Assembly: GCA_002633005.1 (NCBI GenBank)
Contig: NMRA01000063.1
Coordinates: forward strand, 390,438-454,437
From: Phoronis australis
Taxonomy: Eukaryota; Animalia; Phoronida
Direction: 5' to 3'
DNA: 64,000 bases
The position numbers were made by a program, and so were the translations under genes. Below the pieces are notes generated by a model, which saw only the letters and a list, made by a program, of their open reading frames with translations, was not told the DNA's origin and searched no databases. Shown in pieces: positions 1-12,600 of the stretch (position 1 is the first letter of the stretch; each line of letters starts with the position of its first letter).

Positions 1-691
1 TTCGCCAAACAATCCCCCCCCCCCCCATCACCACCACCCCTTGGCCCCTGTGCTCCCAATGCCACCATATTTGTAACGAATCTCCAACGTCCGCCCTAGG
101 TGACGGTTAGAGCCCTGGCTAATACAATACACTGCCCTGCCCCCCAACTCAAGATCCTGGATCCGTCCCTGGGACAATCCCGGGGATGAAGCCATCAATA
201 GTTGAGTAACCCTGAAACAACACGGAGAGTAAGAATGGGCCTAGTACTAGTTCACAGACCGATAGGAGGAGCTGCCTCAAGTAGCAATAATAGAGATCTA
301 ACGGTGTGAAAATTCCCGAACTAAAGCTCAGTAGTTGTGATCAGCTCAGCTGTGATTCACTTGAGACAGGCAGCTCGTACCGCCGTCTGCGCTCACTCTA
401 AGGTCAAGCTTCGTTTTATTGTGACCCAGTTTATTTTATTATGGCTTTGAAGGAGTTATTTTGAAAAGTTGAGGTCCCCAAGTGCCTGGTATAGTGCCTT
501 TGGGGCTGTTTCAAAATGCCTAGTTGAAACACGACCGGTAGTCCAGTTCTCGGGTGGCTGGGGAAAATGATAGTGTATAGCAAACATGTTCACACTTGCT
601 GAACGCCTGCAGTTCAAATTCAGTTCCCGTGGATCACTGAGATTCTGCGCGGGCCAACTGCATGGTTACATTTTATTTTAAACGTTGGTAC

Positions 692-846
692 CAGGGCGGA
701 TCCAGGATTTCAAGTTAGGGGGGCCAGGGCAGAGTATTAGCCGGGATTTTGTCCGTCGAACATTCGCACCCCCGAACTGCCAAATGTAATCTAGGAGAAT
801 TTTAGGGGGGTATAGCCCCTTTGGCTCCCCTCTAAATCCGCCACTG
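692..846. mobile_element. 155-bp MITE, CAG(G/T)GCGGAT-type ends, 5-bp TSD GGTAC
   Basis: cagggcggatccagg...ctaaatccgccactg flanked by ggtac (687-691 and 847-851). A related end lies at ~150-172. Confidence 0.75.
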
Positions 847-2675
847 GGTACATCAGTCATGACGTGCACGCGAATAAGGACAAGCAATCAATTCAGTTTT
901 GAAGAACAAAAATTCATTGCTCAGTACTACTGGAAATTAAAAACACCAAGGAAGTGCAAAGACAACCTTTCCAAGCAATGAGTTTAATAATTTTATTTAT
1001 TTAAGGATTTTAAAGCATTTTTCTGTCTACGGTTTGTGAGTCCGAATTTCATCAATGTCTTTGAGACTCAAAATCTTCTATAAGTGTTCTTTACCATTTG
1101 GGGGAACGAATTATAGTTTTCCCAGCTTAAGGCTGCAATTAAATTCACTGAAACATCATCAATTCTTACAAGATTAGCTTCTAATTGTCAAAAATCACCT
1201 ATATCCATTTTCGTAGGTACGTAAAGAAGTCAATCAGAAACCAACGAATTTGTTTATCGAAACGGAATGTTATAAACAATTTCCGCATGCATGCTTGCAG
1301 ACTTTTGGCGGGTAACCGGGGGAATTAATATGGGAGATGGGACATTCGTATCAAGGTGTATTTTTGCTCATTTCAGAGGTACCTATAACGGTTTACGAGG
1401 TAAACTTGAACTCCACTGACAAGAAAAATACTGAAATCTTTGTTTACTATTGCAAGAGTTCCCTGAGTACCCCGTTTCGACATGTACACGGTCATTACAA
1501 ATAGTAGCCGAGACAGCAGTGGTTTAGACATGTGGAAATTACTTACAAACAACTCATAGTAACCATCTGATACTACGGGAAACAATAACATTATTTTATA
1601 ACTAACCATCGGAAATAATTCTTTTGTGTGATTCACAAATAGTGGTTTTCACGTTCTTCAAAATTCCACTCTTTCGATGGCGGCAATCCTACTGTATTTG
1701 TCCACATTTTTGGTTGTTTGGGTCGAATGGTTGTGCTGTAGACGAATGTTTTGCGTTTTTTGATGAATTTGGAGTCTCAACGTCCATCGTGAATACTTGG
1801 CAGTGTCGGATTTACATGTATAGAGGGACAAAGGGACATTTCCCCCGAACTGCTCCACCGAGAGAGCTAGGGTACCGTCTGAAATGGGACACCTTTAGAT
1901 CAAAGGCTAAACATCATTAAGCTTGGAAAAAAATGAGTGAGCATTCCACCGGCGTCGTGTGGTCTCAAAACGATGCAGGGAGTGACCTCCTTCAACATGA
2001 AAGCCGGTTGCACGATTTCACAAAAAACAGGAAATTAGAGGTAATCAATTTCAACATTGGGCCCGTAAGAATTTGTCAATTAAAACACAAAAAGGGTGGC
2101 CACTTGAATGTCATCAATGGCCTCTTTCAAGGGCGGGGCCCCTCAATATGAATATATCTATATTTTCAAATATCAGGAAATGCGCAACAATTTATGTTAT
2201 TTGGCATGTCATTAATTTTTTTAAGTAATATACAGTTCCGAGGAAAAATGAAGCAAAAGTTGTCTTCCTTATTCCTTGCATATAGAAAAATTATAGTTTT
2301 GCAGTTGCAAACTTGACGTACTGAGTTTGAAAATCCAGTAAATTAGTATGCTCCGCAAAAGCATCGCTTTACAACTTTTCTCGTTTTTCCGAAATAAATG
2401 TATGATTTATTTCGTGCACGTTTTCAAGTGCGTTTAGACGACCTGTGCTGCAAAAGAGGAGACCTTAACGACAATGTTCTGGCCAGGGTCCTCAAAAGAT
2501 AAACCATGCACTGATGCAGAGTTGTTAAATGTTCTCTTGAATTTTCTCTCTTATCCGTATTTCGCACTCTTTCTTTTCTCGACTGTCTCTGGCCCCACGC
2601 CTATGTCGTTGCCACGGTTTAACCCTGACGCCTGAAAACTTTTGGTTCTGGTCAGTATTTTTGCGTACTTTGGAA

Positions 2676-2862
2676 TTTTCTGTGTAATGTACTTGTAGCC
2701 ATCTGGTCATAAATTCTGTGTAATGTACTTGTAGCCATCTCGTCATAAATTCTGTGTAATGTACTTGTAGCCATCTCGTCATAAATTCTGTGTAATGTAC
2801 TTGTAGCCATCTCGTCATAAATTCTGTGTAATATACTTGTAGCCATCTCTTAATAAATTCTC
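2676..2862. repeat. 36-bp minisatellite, ~5 copies
   Basis: Unit tctgtgtaatgtacttgtagccatctcgtcataaat. Confidence 0.9.
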
Positions 2863-4450
2863 TGAATAAAGCTCGACAATGGTGGATATTTAACCGCCGA
2901 AAGATGTCGCTACATTTTACCAAGTTACTGTCTTTATTCAGACCTTACTTGTGTTCATCAATGCCAGATCCTTCGATAGAATTCTCTTCTTGAATCTAAA
3001 AATATGAATAACTTTGATCTGAAGAGTCTGTGAATAAATTCTCCGACTTTTTCGAAGTAGGTCTATTTGAGGACAAGCCGGAGCAATTGAGGTTCATTTC
3101 TGAGTAGACGACGCATAGATATGGTTAAAAAACTTTTTGAAATCTAGGAGATCCCTTACAAAAATTCTTGGTCATATCCCCCAAGTATAAATGTAGCACT
3201 GGTCGTTGACAAATGGTCTTTAAAATGTCTCTCGTACTTTACCGTGCAATGTACTTGTTTTTCGTTTCGCGACTGCCCCTCCGTCTCCCTGTGCCCGGCA
3301 TTCCGCAGTTTTCGTCTCCCGTGCGCCCGGCCTTCAGTTCTCGTCTTCCCTGCGCCCGGCCTTCAGTTCTCGTCTTCCCTGTACCCACTAGTAAGATACA
3401 TAACGCATCTCTAACTTACGTACAGCACTGGATATTCCTTGCAAATTACATTGACAATACACATTAACAATACACATTTACAATACATATTGACAATACA
3501 CATTTACAATACATATTGACAATACCCTTTCATGGAATGTACTCATAACGGAAACCGCAAACAAAATTTCTTAAACTGCGTATCATCTAAACTATCTCGA
3601 CTCACATACCGAATAATTGTTTGGGCATTTGGAGATTGCTCAAGGTTAAAATGTTACAAAAAAGCTATATGAAATGTTAACAAATCTCGGTTTCTTAGCC
3701 ACACTTAGTCGCCCAATTTGCAAAACTTAACAAATATTACTTTTTGAGGATAGATTTACATTTTCTTGCTTAAATTTTTTCTACAAATATATAAACAAAT
3801 TCTCCCCGCCAAGATACTTTTACAATATAGAATTCACCCAAAAGTATCGACCACTTCGAGAAAATGGCAGAACCACACCATAACAATTTCTCCGTTACAT
3901 TATTTATATAATACAACAATCGCCCATCATATGCTATGCCTCCAACGAAAAAACACCAAAGAAAAACAAATTGTATTACCATTTGCCAATATCTTTTGAA
4001 CCACTGCAGTTTTCCAGTTTTCGGAATAAAACAATAACTCATTCCTTATTAGATCTTTCTCTCTACTTTAAAAAAAATATACTATAAACAACTATGATGA
4101 AAACTGCCACATCATAGATTATTACATATGTTCGAATGTTTAGAGATACTGTGTCGCTGCTGTTCATCTCCAATGCTTTCCGTTTGGGATTGTGTACGTC
4201 AGTTATTGAATCCATTTTTCTGTGAATTCATCTTGTACCTAATTATAATCACCGTAACCAGCCGTTAGCAGTTTATACCTTGGTTGGTAACCAACGGATT
4301 GTACTAGAATGCCATTTAATGAAAAGAAATGTATACGTATATGATAGCAGTCATTATTGTATTGTTGCTTGTCATATATTCGTTCCTTCACTGAAATATT
4401 CATTTTGTTTCGCACTGAAAATTTTTTGTTGTATATGCATAATGATAAGT

Positions 4451-4600
4451 TCTCTCTCTCTCTCTGTCCCTCCCTCCCTCCCTCGCTCCCTCGCTCCATC
4501 GCTCCCTCGTTCCTTCCCTCACTCCCTCCCTCCCTCCTCCCTCCCTCGCTCCCTCCCTCCCTCCCTCGCTCCCTCCCTCCTCCCTATCTCCCTTCCTCTC
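4451..4600. repeat. Polypyrimidine (CT)n/(CCCT)n tract just upstream of the putative promoter
   Basis: Read directly; GGGA runs on the minus strand. Confidence 0.9.
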
Positions 4601-4624
4601 ATCCTAGGCTTACTCCCGCCCGCC

Positions 4625-4802
4625 CGAGATCCAATGGTTTCCGTTTGCCTGTGACGACCCGCACGTTTCTCCCTCTATTGGCAAATAACGTAATTGTTTC
4701 CCATGTGTTTTCCCGCGATTTTACTCGCAGAAAGTGAGGGTTTGCTGTCGCGGGACGAGAGTATTCGTGCGCTGAATATCACTTCAGAACACACAGGTAA
4801 GT
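4625..4802 (+). promoter_or_regulatory. Probable SHMT promoter and non-coding first exon; CCAAT 4631, E2F-type TTTCCCGC 4709-4716, donor CAG|gtaagt 4796/4797
   Basis: CpG-richer patch and a perfect donor upstream of the acceptor that sits 1 nt before the ATG, which requires an upstream exon. TSS not determinable. Confidence 0.6.
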
Positions 4803-5253
4803 TTGTTCGGTGAAAACATTGTTTCGGTACTTTAAAGCTCGTAAACTGCTACGACTGGCAACCGAAAAACTCCGCCATTGATCAATGTTTCTCTTTTTAC
4901 CATTGTTTACTCGTTCAGTTTCATTGGCACGTCATATCTGATCAGAGGAGATCTATGTTATCAGGCCAGTGGAAATTCCCTGTTCTGCTATCGTATTTCG
5001 GTGACCTATATTCACTTTGTACCATCGTGCTTAAGAATGTTGGAAAATTTTGAATCTGCAATTTTCAGCTTCGTAGCTTACAACCATTTTCCCATTTCCA
5101 CTCTCACCCAGGGTAGGTTACATTTTGATGGTGGGGCGAGGGGAATGGGTTTACACACATGTCCATTATTTTAGGTAATGCGGTAATAAGATTTGGAAAC
5201 CAAATATCCATGAAAAAGTCAATCTATAGTAGGGGTTTGTTCCAGAAACGTAA

Positions 5254-5330
5254 TTTTTGTAGGGATGCCCGTGTATTTTGTAGGGATGCCCGTGTATTTT
5301 GTAGGGATGCCCGTGTATTTTGTAGGGATT
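5254..5330. repeat. 21-bp tandem repeat, ~3.5 copies
   Basis: Unit ttttgtagggatgcccgtgta. Confidence 0.85.
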
Positions 5331-6424
5331 TATCAGTGCAGAATTATTAGACGTGCGGAAGTTTAATGACAAGTTGAAGCCTGAATGGGTTCAAGAGGAG
5401 ATGGTTAGCATGTCGTCAGTAATGAGTACATCTTTTGAAACTCAAATTTTAAAAATATGGATAATATTAGGACTTTTGTAGACTAAGAATGGGATTTTCC
5501 AACTCTCAGAGCTCTTTTTGAGGAATTAGATTGGAAAAGGGGCACCCTTTTGTAGGAGTAGCATTTAGCACCCTTTCTTTCAAACGGCCATGAAACGTTC
5601 ATCCAGCTGAGGGGCACATCCCGACATACTCAATTTCTTTTTGTGAACACGTGCATGGAGGCATCAAACAAAATGAGAGGTTCCTTGTTGTATTGAACAA
5701 ATCATGTGTTTCTTGGCAAGTGACCAAGTTTATTGTGCAAGCCTGCTATGTGTTACTTTTGTTGAGTTGTGTTTGCATGCATACTCACACTGAATTGTAA
5801 GTGCAGAGATTTCGTTCTGTTATTTAGCAATTTTTTATTTACCAGATAAAACAAGTGAACAAAGTAATTAGTGCGAATACTATTTAGTTGCACAGCTATT
5901 TGGCTCCACTGTCTACAAGATTGTTTAGAATTGCTGTGTTGTTGATGTACAGTTTACATAAAGCAGGTTGTCATTCTCTGCATATTGAATATTAATGCAA
6001 CAAGTTGTATATTACCTGCAGTACACATGTCTGTCTGTAACTAACCATATAGATGACATCAAGCTACCGACTTCCAATCCTCAACTTATCTCCCCTGACA
6101 GTCTGACTGCATAAAAAGGACAGCCTTCCAGTCAACGTTCTCACTTTATCACACTTCAGAGTGTACTGTGGTAGGTTGACCTGAGCAGAGTCCATGTTGA
6201 AACCAGACATTAGTAACAGCATGGTTTAAATGGAAGTGTTGGTTTGAATTTGAACTCGGGCATATAATTTGGACGTCTCTGTCATTTCCCAACTTTTCAC
6301 ACTAGTCTCCACTTCCTTGGGGGCATTCTACCTAACTCCCATTAACCCTTGCGGTGTTTCAACAGTGTGCCTGGCTTTTCATTTTGACTGGCTTTTCTTA
6401 GCACTGTTTCTTATTTTTGTCAGC

Positions 6425-6657
6425 ATGAACGGAGACAGCAGTGACATAGTCATGTCTAACAGTGATCCATCTTGGAACTTACAAGTGGACATCCGCGAAG
6501 ATGATCCAGAAATGGCAGAAATCATAAAGAAGGAGAAAGACCGCCAAGTTCGCGGGCTGGAAATGATTGCATCGGAGAACTTTGCCAGCAAATCTGTCCT
6601 ACAGGCATTGGGGTCATGTTTAAACAACAAATATTCAGAGGGTCAACCAGGCGCCAG
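6425..6657 (+). CDS. SHMT1: SHMT coding exon 1 (MNGDSS...[10 protein letters not shown])
   Basis: Acceptor tttttgtcag ends 6423, ATG at 6425, donor AG|gttggt at 6657/6658 (phase 2). A second in-frame Met (MSNSD) could be an alternative start. Confidence 0.93.
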
Positions 6658-9600
6658 GTTGGTTGGAAATGTCTTTGTAAAGCAGCACATGTGTTGAAAA
6701 CTTTCAGTCATAACTTAATAACGAAATCTACAAATATGTTAATGAGTCTATCAAGCTGAACCATCAGTTTCAAAATGCAGTTGCAGCAGAGAGATAATGT
6801 ACCGTTGAACTAAAATGCCTTGAGAAAGACTGGTTACCCTTATGATTATCTAAAGCATTTTTTGTAAGGTTAACATGTTCCTGGTAAGGAAAGTTCCTAA
6901 AATGTGAATATAGTGACCTATGGTTATTGTTCTCGTTTTACAGTATAAAAATCTAAATTGAGTAACTGGGAGCAAGACGGAGCATTTTTTTTTGTTTTGA
7001 TGAGCCAGACACGTGGTCTTAAAATTCTTTGTCTTGTATCCCCTTATTGTAAACTATAAATAACTATCTTAAGCGGCCATGTCATAATGAATATACCCAG
7101 ATGGCCTCATGCTGTCTTCAACTCTCCTCATTCATGGAGGCAGAATTGCACATGTTCTGATTGATTTGAAAAGTTTGGATACTAAAGGAACTGAGACTGA
7201 CCAACAATATGACCATTACCAGTTTATCATTGTTTTCATGTCACAGTGCTTCACGTTTAGCTTGACCCCAACTCCCCTAATGCGGCTTAGTGAAAATCCC
7301 AAGTCGCCAAATAAAAACTTAAGTCACCAAAACTGAGGTCAGAGGTCGCCGACCAAAACTGAGGTGGGAGGTTGCCGACCAAAACCAAAATATTGACCAT
7401 AAAAAAACGTGTCATTGTCACCATTCAACTGGGGTCAACTCATTTAACAGGGGTCAACTCATTCAACAGGGGTCAACTCCTTCAACATTGGTAAAATTCT
7501 CTGATCACTTTAAAATGTTTACTGGAATTCATAGTTTGTTCAGACTATTTACTATATTTTGGTTTGCTCACCCTGTCTCAACTCCTTGTACCTATCTAGT
7601 GTTCTCCACAAAACCAATTCCAAACTCGACGCAAATTTCTAGAGTTCAATATCAGTAGTCAACACTGTCTTTTCTCTAGTCTATAGCCATAACATCTCCA
7701 CTGGATATATTTCTTGTTTTACTTTGCAACATAGCTCGTGGCGTACCCCGGGCAAAATAGATTACGATAAATATTTATGTGTTTCAAAAATATACACTGA
7801 ACTGGTCAGGTGTGACCTACCTTTTGACACTTTGTAGGGCCTACACGTGAAAACCGCGAATCGTACTCGAAGTGCCCATTCAGCTGACGACTGTTACACA
7901 AATAAATAATTTGTTGATAAAAGCACGTGGCCAGTAAGTGCGAGCTACATATACCTGTCACTTGTCATCGCATACATTATTACTCTTCGGGAACTATCCA
8001 TGAAACTACGGGTAGCATATCGGCAAGATATAAATATTGGCGCTAATTTCGGAAATTTCTAATGCTGTAAAAACTGTTGCGTTATTTTTAAGGGGGATTG
8101 CTTTATTAATCACTTTAATGTATTCATAATTGGTGTTTTTTAAGTAAAATACCTGATAAAATGCCCCACTGATAGTGGTCACCTCCGCCCCTGAATCTTC
8201 CAGATAATAACTCAGACTATCACACATTCAGTCAGGTGACTCAATGACATTCGGCCTTAGTCTCTACCGAGACAATTCTTGCACGTTTTAATAGTAGATG
8301 TGATCAGCAAGTGCTAAATAAAACGCGTTATCGTGATACTGCTTTTTTTATTTCTTTAGTTACAATGCACACCTAAATCCATTACATTGCATTTACTCCG
8401 GCAAATGAACGCTGATGACACGCTCGCGCTCGCTCACTCACACACGCAGACGATCTGCAAAACAAAGGTCACGTGACTACGACGTAAGTTTGCCCAGAGT
8501 TTTTTCTCATGTCGCTGGGTACGATCTTGCGCAGATTCGTACCTGTCTTGTTCTTAATACCGACTTCACAGGAACTTAAAATCTTAGGGGCGCAATTTGG
8601 AAAACTTAAGTGAGGATTTCAGCTAATTTGTTGAGTTGAAACTATATTTTTATTCAAGCTGCCCTGTCGACGATCGTGAGGCAGCAGCGCATTGACAAGT
8701 TTTCGCCCTGGGATTTCAGCAAAATTTTCTGTATAATTGATCGTAATTTAAGAACGAAGTTTGATAGAAATGCGCCAGTTTTTTAGAAAGTCTCTCATAG
8801 GCTACAGATACATCACATAGCATAAGTTTGGTGAATCCTAGCTTCCGATTTCACCCGTTTCGGAGACCGGGTTTCAACTGCCTTGGGTTGCAATAAGCGC
8901 CTCCCCCCCGAAACAAATTTTACCAAGCGCCTCGGGCGCCTTATTATGGTGAATATGGTACTGTTAACTGCCTCTTAGTAAAGTGAACTATGTTTACTGT
9001 TGGTAAAATCAGGCTCTGATTAGACGCTGAGGGCTGAAGTACCAAAACAGCCAAGGTTTTAAACCTGGCGCGGCAATTTTTAAACTTGAAGCGCTTCCCC
9101 CAAACTTTATGCGGCAAAATCCAAACTCGTTACCGTGTCGAGTCAAAACAGGTCATGGAGAACACTGCTATGGATCGAAAAGCAGACAATCAGAAACACT
9201 GAAGAACTGTGTTTGATGGTCCTACCTTGTCCGTTTTGCCGAATAATTCTGACTTCTGTTTGTTTACTTCCTCTTGTAATTTGAGTCTGTGTTTGATATG
9301 TGCTGACTGGATGTGGCAAATGCACTGATTTCACGAAAAAACAGAACAATTGTGAACTAACAGGGCTCGACGCTATTAAAATCGCCAGGTCGCAAAATGC
9401 GACCTAGCCAAAATCCCAGGTCGCATTTTCAAAATCCAGCTCGCATTCGTAAATGCCAGGTCGCAAAATTTTCCCGCTATTTTTACGCGCCAAAATAGAT
9501 TTTTTAGATCATCGAGAAAATGTTTAGATTATGCTCTTACCTGCAGCGTTAAATGCTCACAAATTTTGGATCTCAAAATTGACTTCATTCATGCAGGTAC

Positions 9601-12600
9601 GGCCTTACTGTTCTTCACGACCGCCATTGAAAGTCTCTAGAGCGCAAGGCAAGTTGCCGGCGTGAAAGTTGAATCAGTGCTCTCTAACTGACTTGTGCAT
9701 ACGAGTAGCTAAATTTGCGAAGTGAAAAGGGAGAAAATACCCGTTGAACAAAAAGTATCTAGGATTTTGTTAGATCTGGTCTGCTACTGGCCGTCATCAA
9801 AGTCGTTAACGATTCAAACTAACTCGGGTAATCGCGAGTTTGCTCTTCAATACCTTCCAAGTACGGGAAAAAATAGGTCAGTCGCAAAACGACACGCAGG
9901 TCACTAGTGTTAACTTTCTTTCCGAGGTATAAAACAAAGCCGAGATTTGGTTTTTACATATTGTGAAAAGACGTTTTCGAAAACTGAAGTTGTGTAAAAT
10001 GAAACTGACACACACCATATAAGCTGCGTGTCAATTTTAAACCACACGCGGTCGTTTGTAGTGCGCAATGATGGGCGCTAGCTTGAACTGTGGGCGCTTA
10101 ATTAGAAATTCTCAAAATTTCAGGGGGGACTTTTAATAGATCAGTGAGCGCTTATTATGAAACACTTTAAAGGTAGGGAGTAGGCTTGTGCGTGAGCATA
10201 GTCGTTAACCTCAGTGTTTGCGGTAATAAGATATTAAAACGCTGCAATGGTAAAAAACGTTATAATAATACGATTTTGCGAGGCAAACTCCATCTGGTAG
10301 GGGTGACTTTCTGGATATCGTTACCAACTACATTGTACCCTTTTTAGCCACCCGGAATGATTTTTTTAACTGCCCGCTTCAGCCGGAACAAGGTTGTTTC
10401 TATAGGAGTCTGAACATTTTACGGCGAAGGTGGTTCGGGGAGCGAAAAGTTGCCGGGGGGTGTATAAAGAGAAGAATGAAAAGTTCGCTAACTTGAACCA
10501 CAATTTCGCATCTAGTGCCAGTTTAGTTGCAATAGCTGGCTACGGGCATAGAATACAGGGTTTACAGAACATCGACCTCGGGAAACATCGGAACAGGATA
10601 ACGTTAGTTCTGGGTTATATCGGTCCCGGGACATCGGGTCTTTTATAACCGCTGGGAATCTGAGTTCATTTTCAAATAAACCAGAGCCAAGCCGGTATAC
10701 TCTTTCATTTAGGACTGTCGCTGTTCTTTGAAGTGGTGCGCACGCGTGAGTTCACGCACTTGAATCGCTGGAGTAGGCCTACACTTTACGTTGGCAACAA
10801 CGTGTGAAAGACAAATCATATTTCGCGCACGTAGCCCCAGAAACAAGTAAAGGGTTTGAGAATTTCTTGGCAACTGAAAGTAAAGACGTGACCGTCGTTT
10901 GGCGATTAATAAGGTTGTCATTTTCACTTTGGCTGTCTTAATACGATAAAAGGAGAAGCACATCTCAGTCTAAGTCACGATTGTCTGCCGGGACCGCTTG
11001 CGCGCTAACGGTGCCGCAGTGCGATATCAGGGATATTGTCGTGGATATTTGGTACATGTAATAAGGACATCTTATGTGAAAAATAAGCATTTTTGTCCAC
11101 CACAAAGTTTGGTAAGTTGATCGCTTAAGAATTAATAGAAATACCGTTGTTTTGTGAATTTTTATCACGTGTAAGCAGTGGCCCGAAACTTTCTTCGGCA
11201 AATCCGGGAATTTACAAAAGTGGCCGAAAGTGTTAGCCAATGAAACGCGTCAAAGATCGATTCTTCATATCCCATGTTCACGCAACTTGCTTACAAGTCA
11301 TCGGGAGGCCTGCCTCCCGTTCAGTAGCGCTAGGACCTCGCTAAGAAGCAAGACTTCGCGAGATGACGTGAGATATTGCCGTGTATTTTAAATGAGAACA
11401 TGTGACTTTGACTAGGATTTTGCAAGGTCCTAGCGTAGGTCCTAGCGTCTACTGAACGCACGCCTGTTCTCGGTTAGTATTCTTTTGAACTTGTATTTGG
11501 CAACAACCAAATAACGGTCGGATTAACAAGAGCTGCTTTGTATTTGCCAGGTATCTGTTGAGAAGTGTAAAAACTCAGCTCGCATTCGTTGGAAATTCCA
11601 GGTCGCATTTTGCGACTTTATACGAGCTGACAAAAATCTCAGCTCGCATTTCCAAATTTCAGGTCGCAAATGCGACCTGCAGCTCGTTATGTCGAGCCCT
11701 CACTAAAAGTATTGAATCTAGAAAAAAATGTTATCATTATGCGCCCACATATTTATATGTGGACGCATTATGCCGTCATCTCCGTCCAGCCGTCTGTCCG
11801 GCGTCCGCTGCTCTATCTCCAAAATGCCTTGATGTTCATGAAATTTTGCACGTTTTCCTTCCGGGGATGGGATGGCATGAGCGAACTTTCGGGCGGATCC
11901 GACTACTGGTGTGCCCCCTTTTGGCAATTTTAGTTTTTTACGTTTACCTCTGTATCTTGAAAAGTCCTGAACGGATTTTTATAAAATTTGGTGGCACCTA
12001 TTAGTTAGATGACGCTGTCCTTCCGTTTTCAGATGGATTAAACGTAGTTTGTGCCACCTAGTGGCCATTTTTACTGTTTTCGAGTCTTTTTTTGCGTGCT
12101 CCCCTCTATCACGCAAACCGCTCAAAGGATGATTGTGAAAATTGGCACATATGTTCTTACAGTGAAGTGGACGGCTGACGATGATTTTCTGACGATTTCG
12201 ACTACTGTGGCGCCTCCTAGTGGCAGTTTTGTTTTTTGTGCCTATGGCTGTATCTCCTAAACCATTCGAAAGATCCTTACAAAATTTAGTAAGTGTCTTT
12301 ATATGATGTTGACAACGGACGATGACAACTTTTGGACGGATGTGACTACTGGTGTGCCACCTAGTGGCAATTTATTTTTACGTTTACCTCTGTATGTTCA
12401 AAGGTCCTCAACGTATTTTCATGAAATCTGTTAATGAGTTGACGCTATCTCTTCTTTTTCAGATGGATTCGACATAGTTTGCGCCACCTAGTGGCCATTT
12501 TTACTGTTTTCGAGTCTGTTTTTTGGCGTCCACTTGTCTATCAATCAAACCCATTTCAGGATAATTGTAAAAATTTGGTTTTACTATGAAGTGGACAGCT

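Noticed and set aside
1373-3470. Short ORFs upstream of SHMT
   Set aside because: No recognisable homology; the longest is driven by a 36-bp repeat.
4600-6424. Upstream exon encoding a mitochondrial presequence for SHMT
   Set aside because: It would need an ATG-open exon with a phase-2 donor. The 4703 ATG exon is phase 1 and hits a stop, and the 6052 ATG stops early. None was found by eye.
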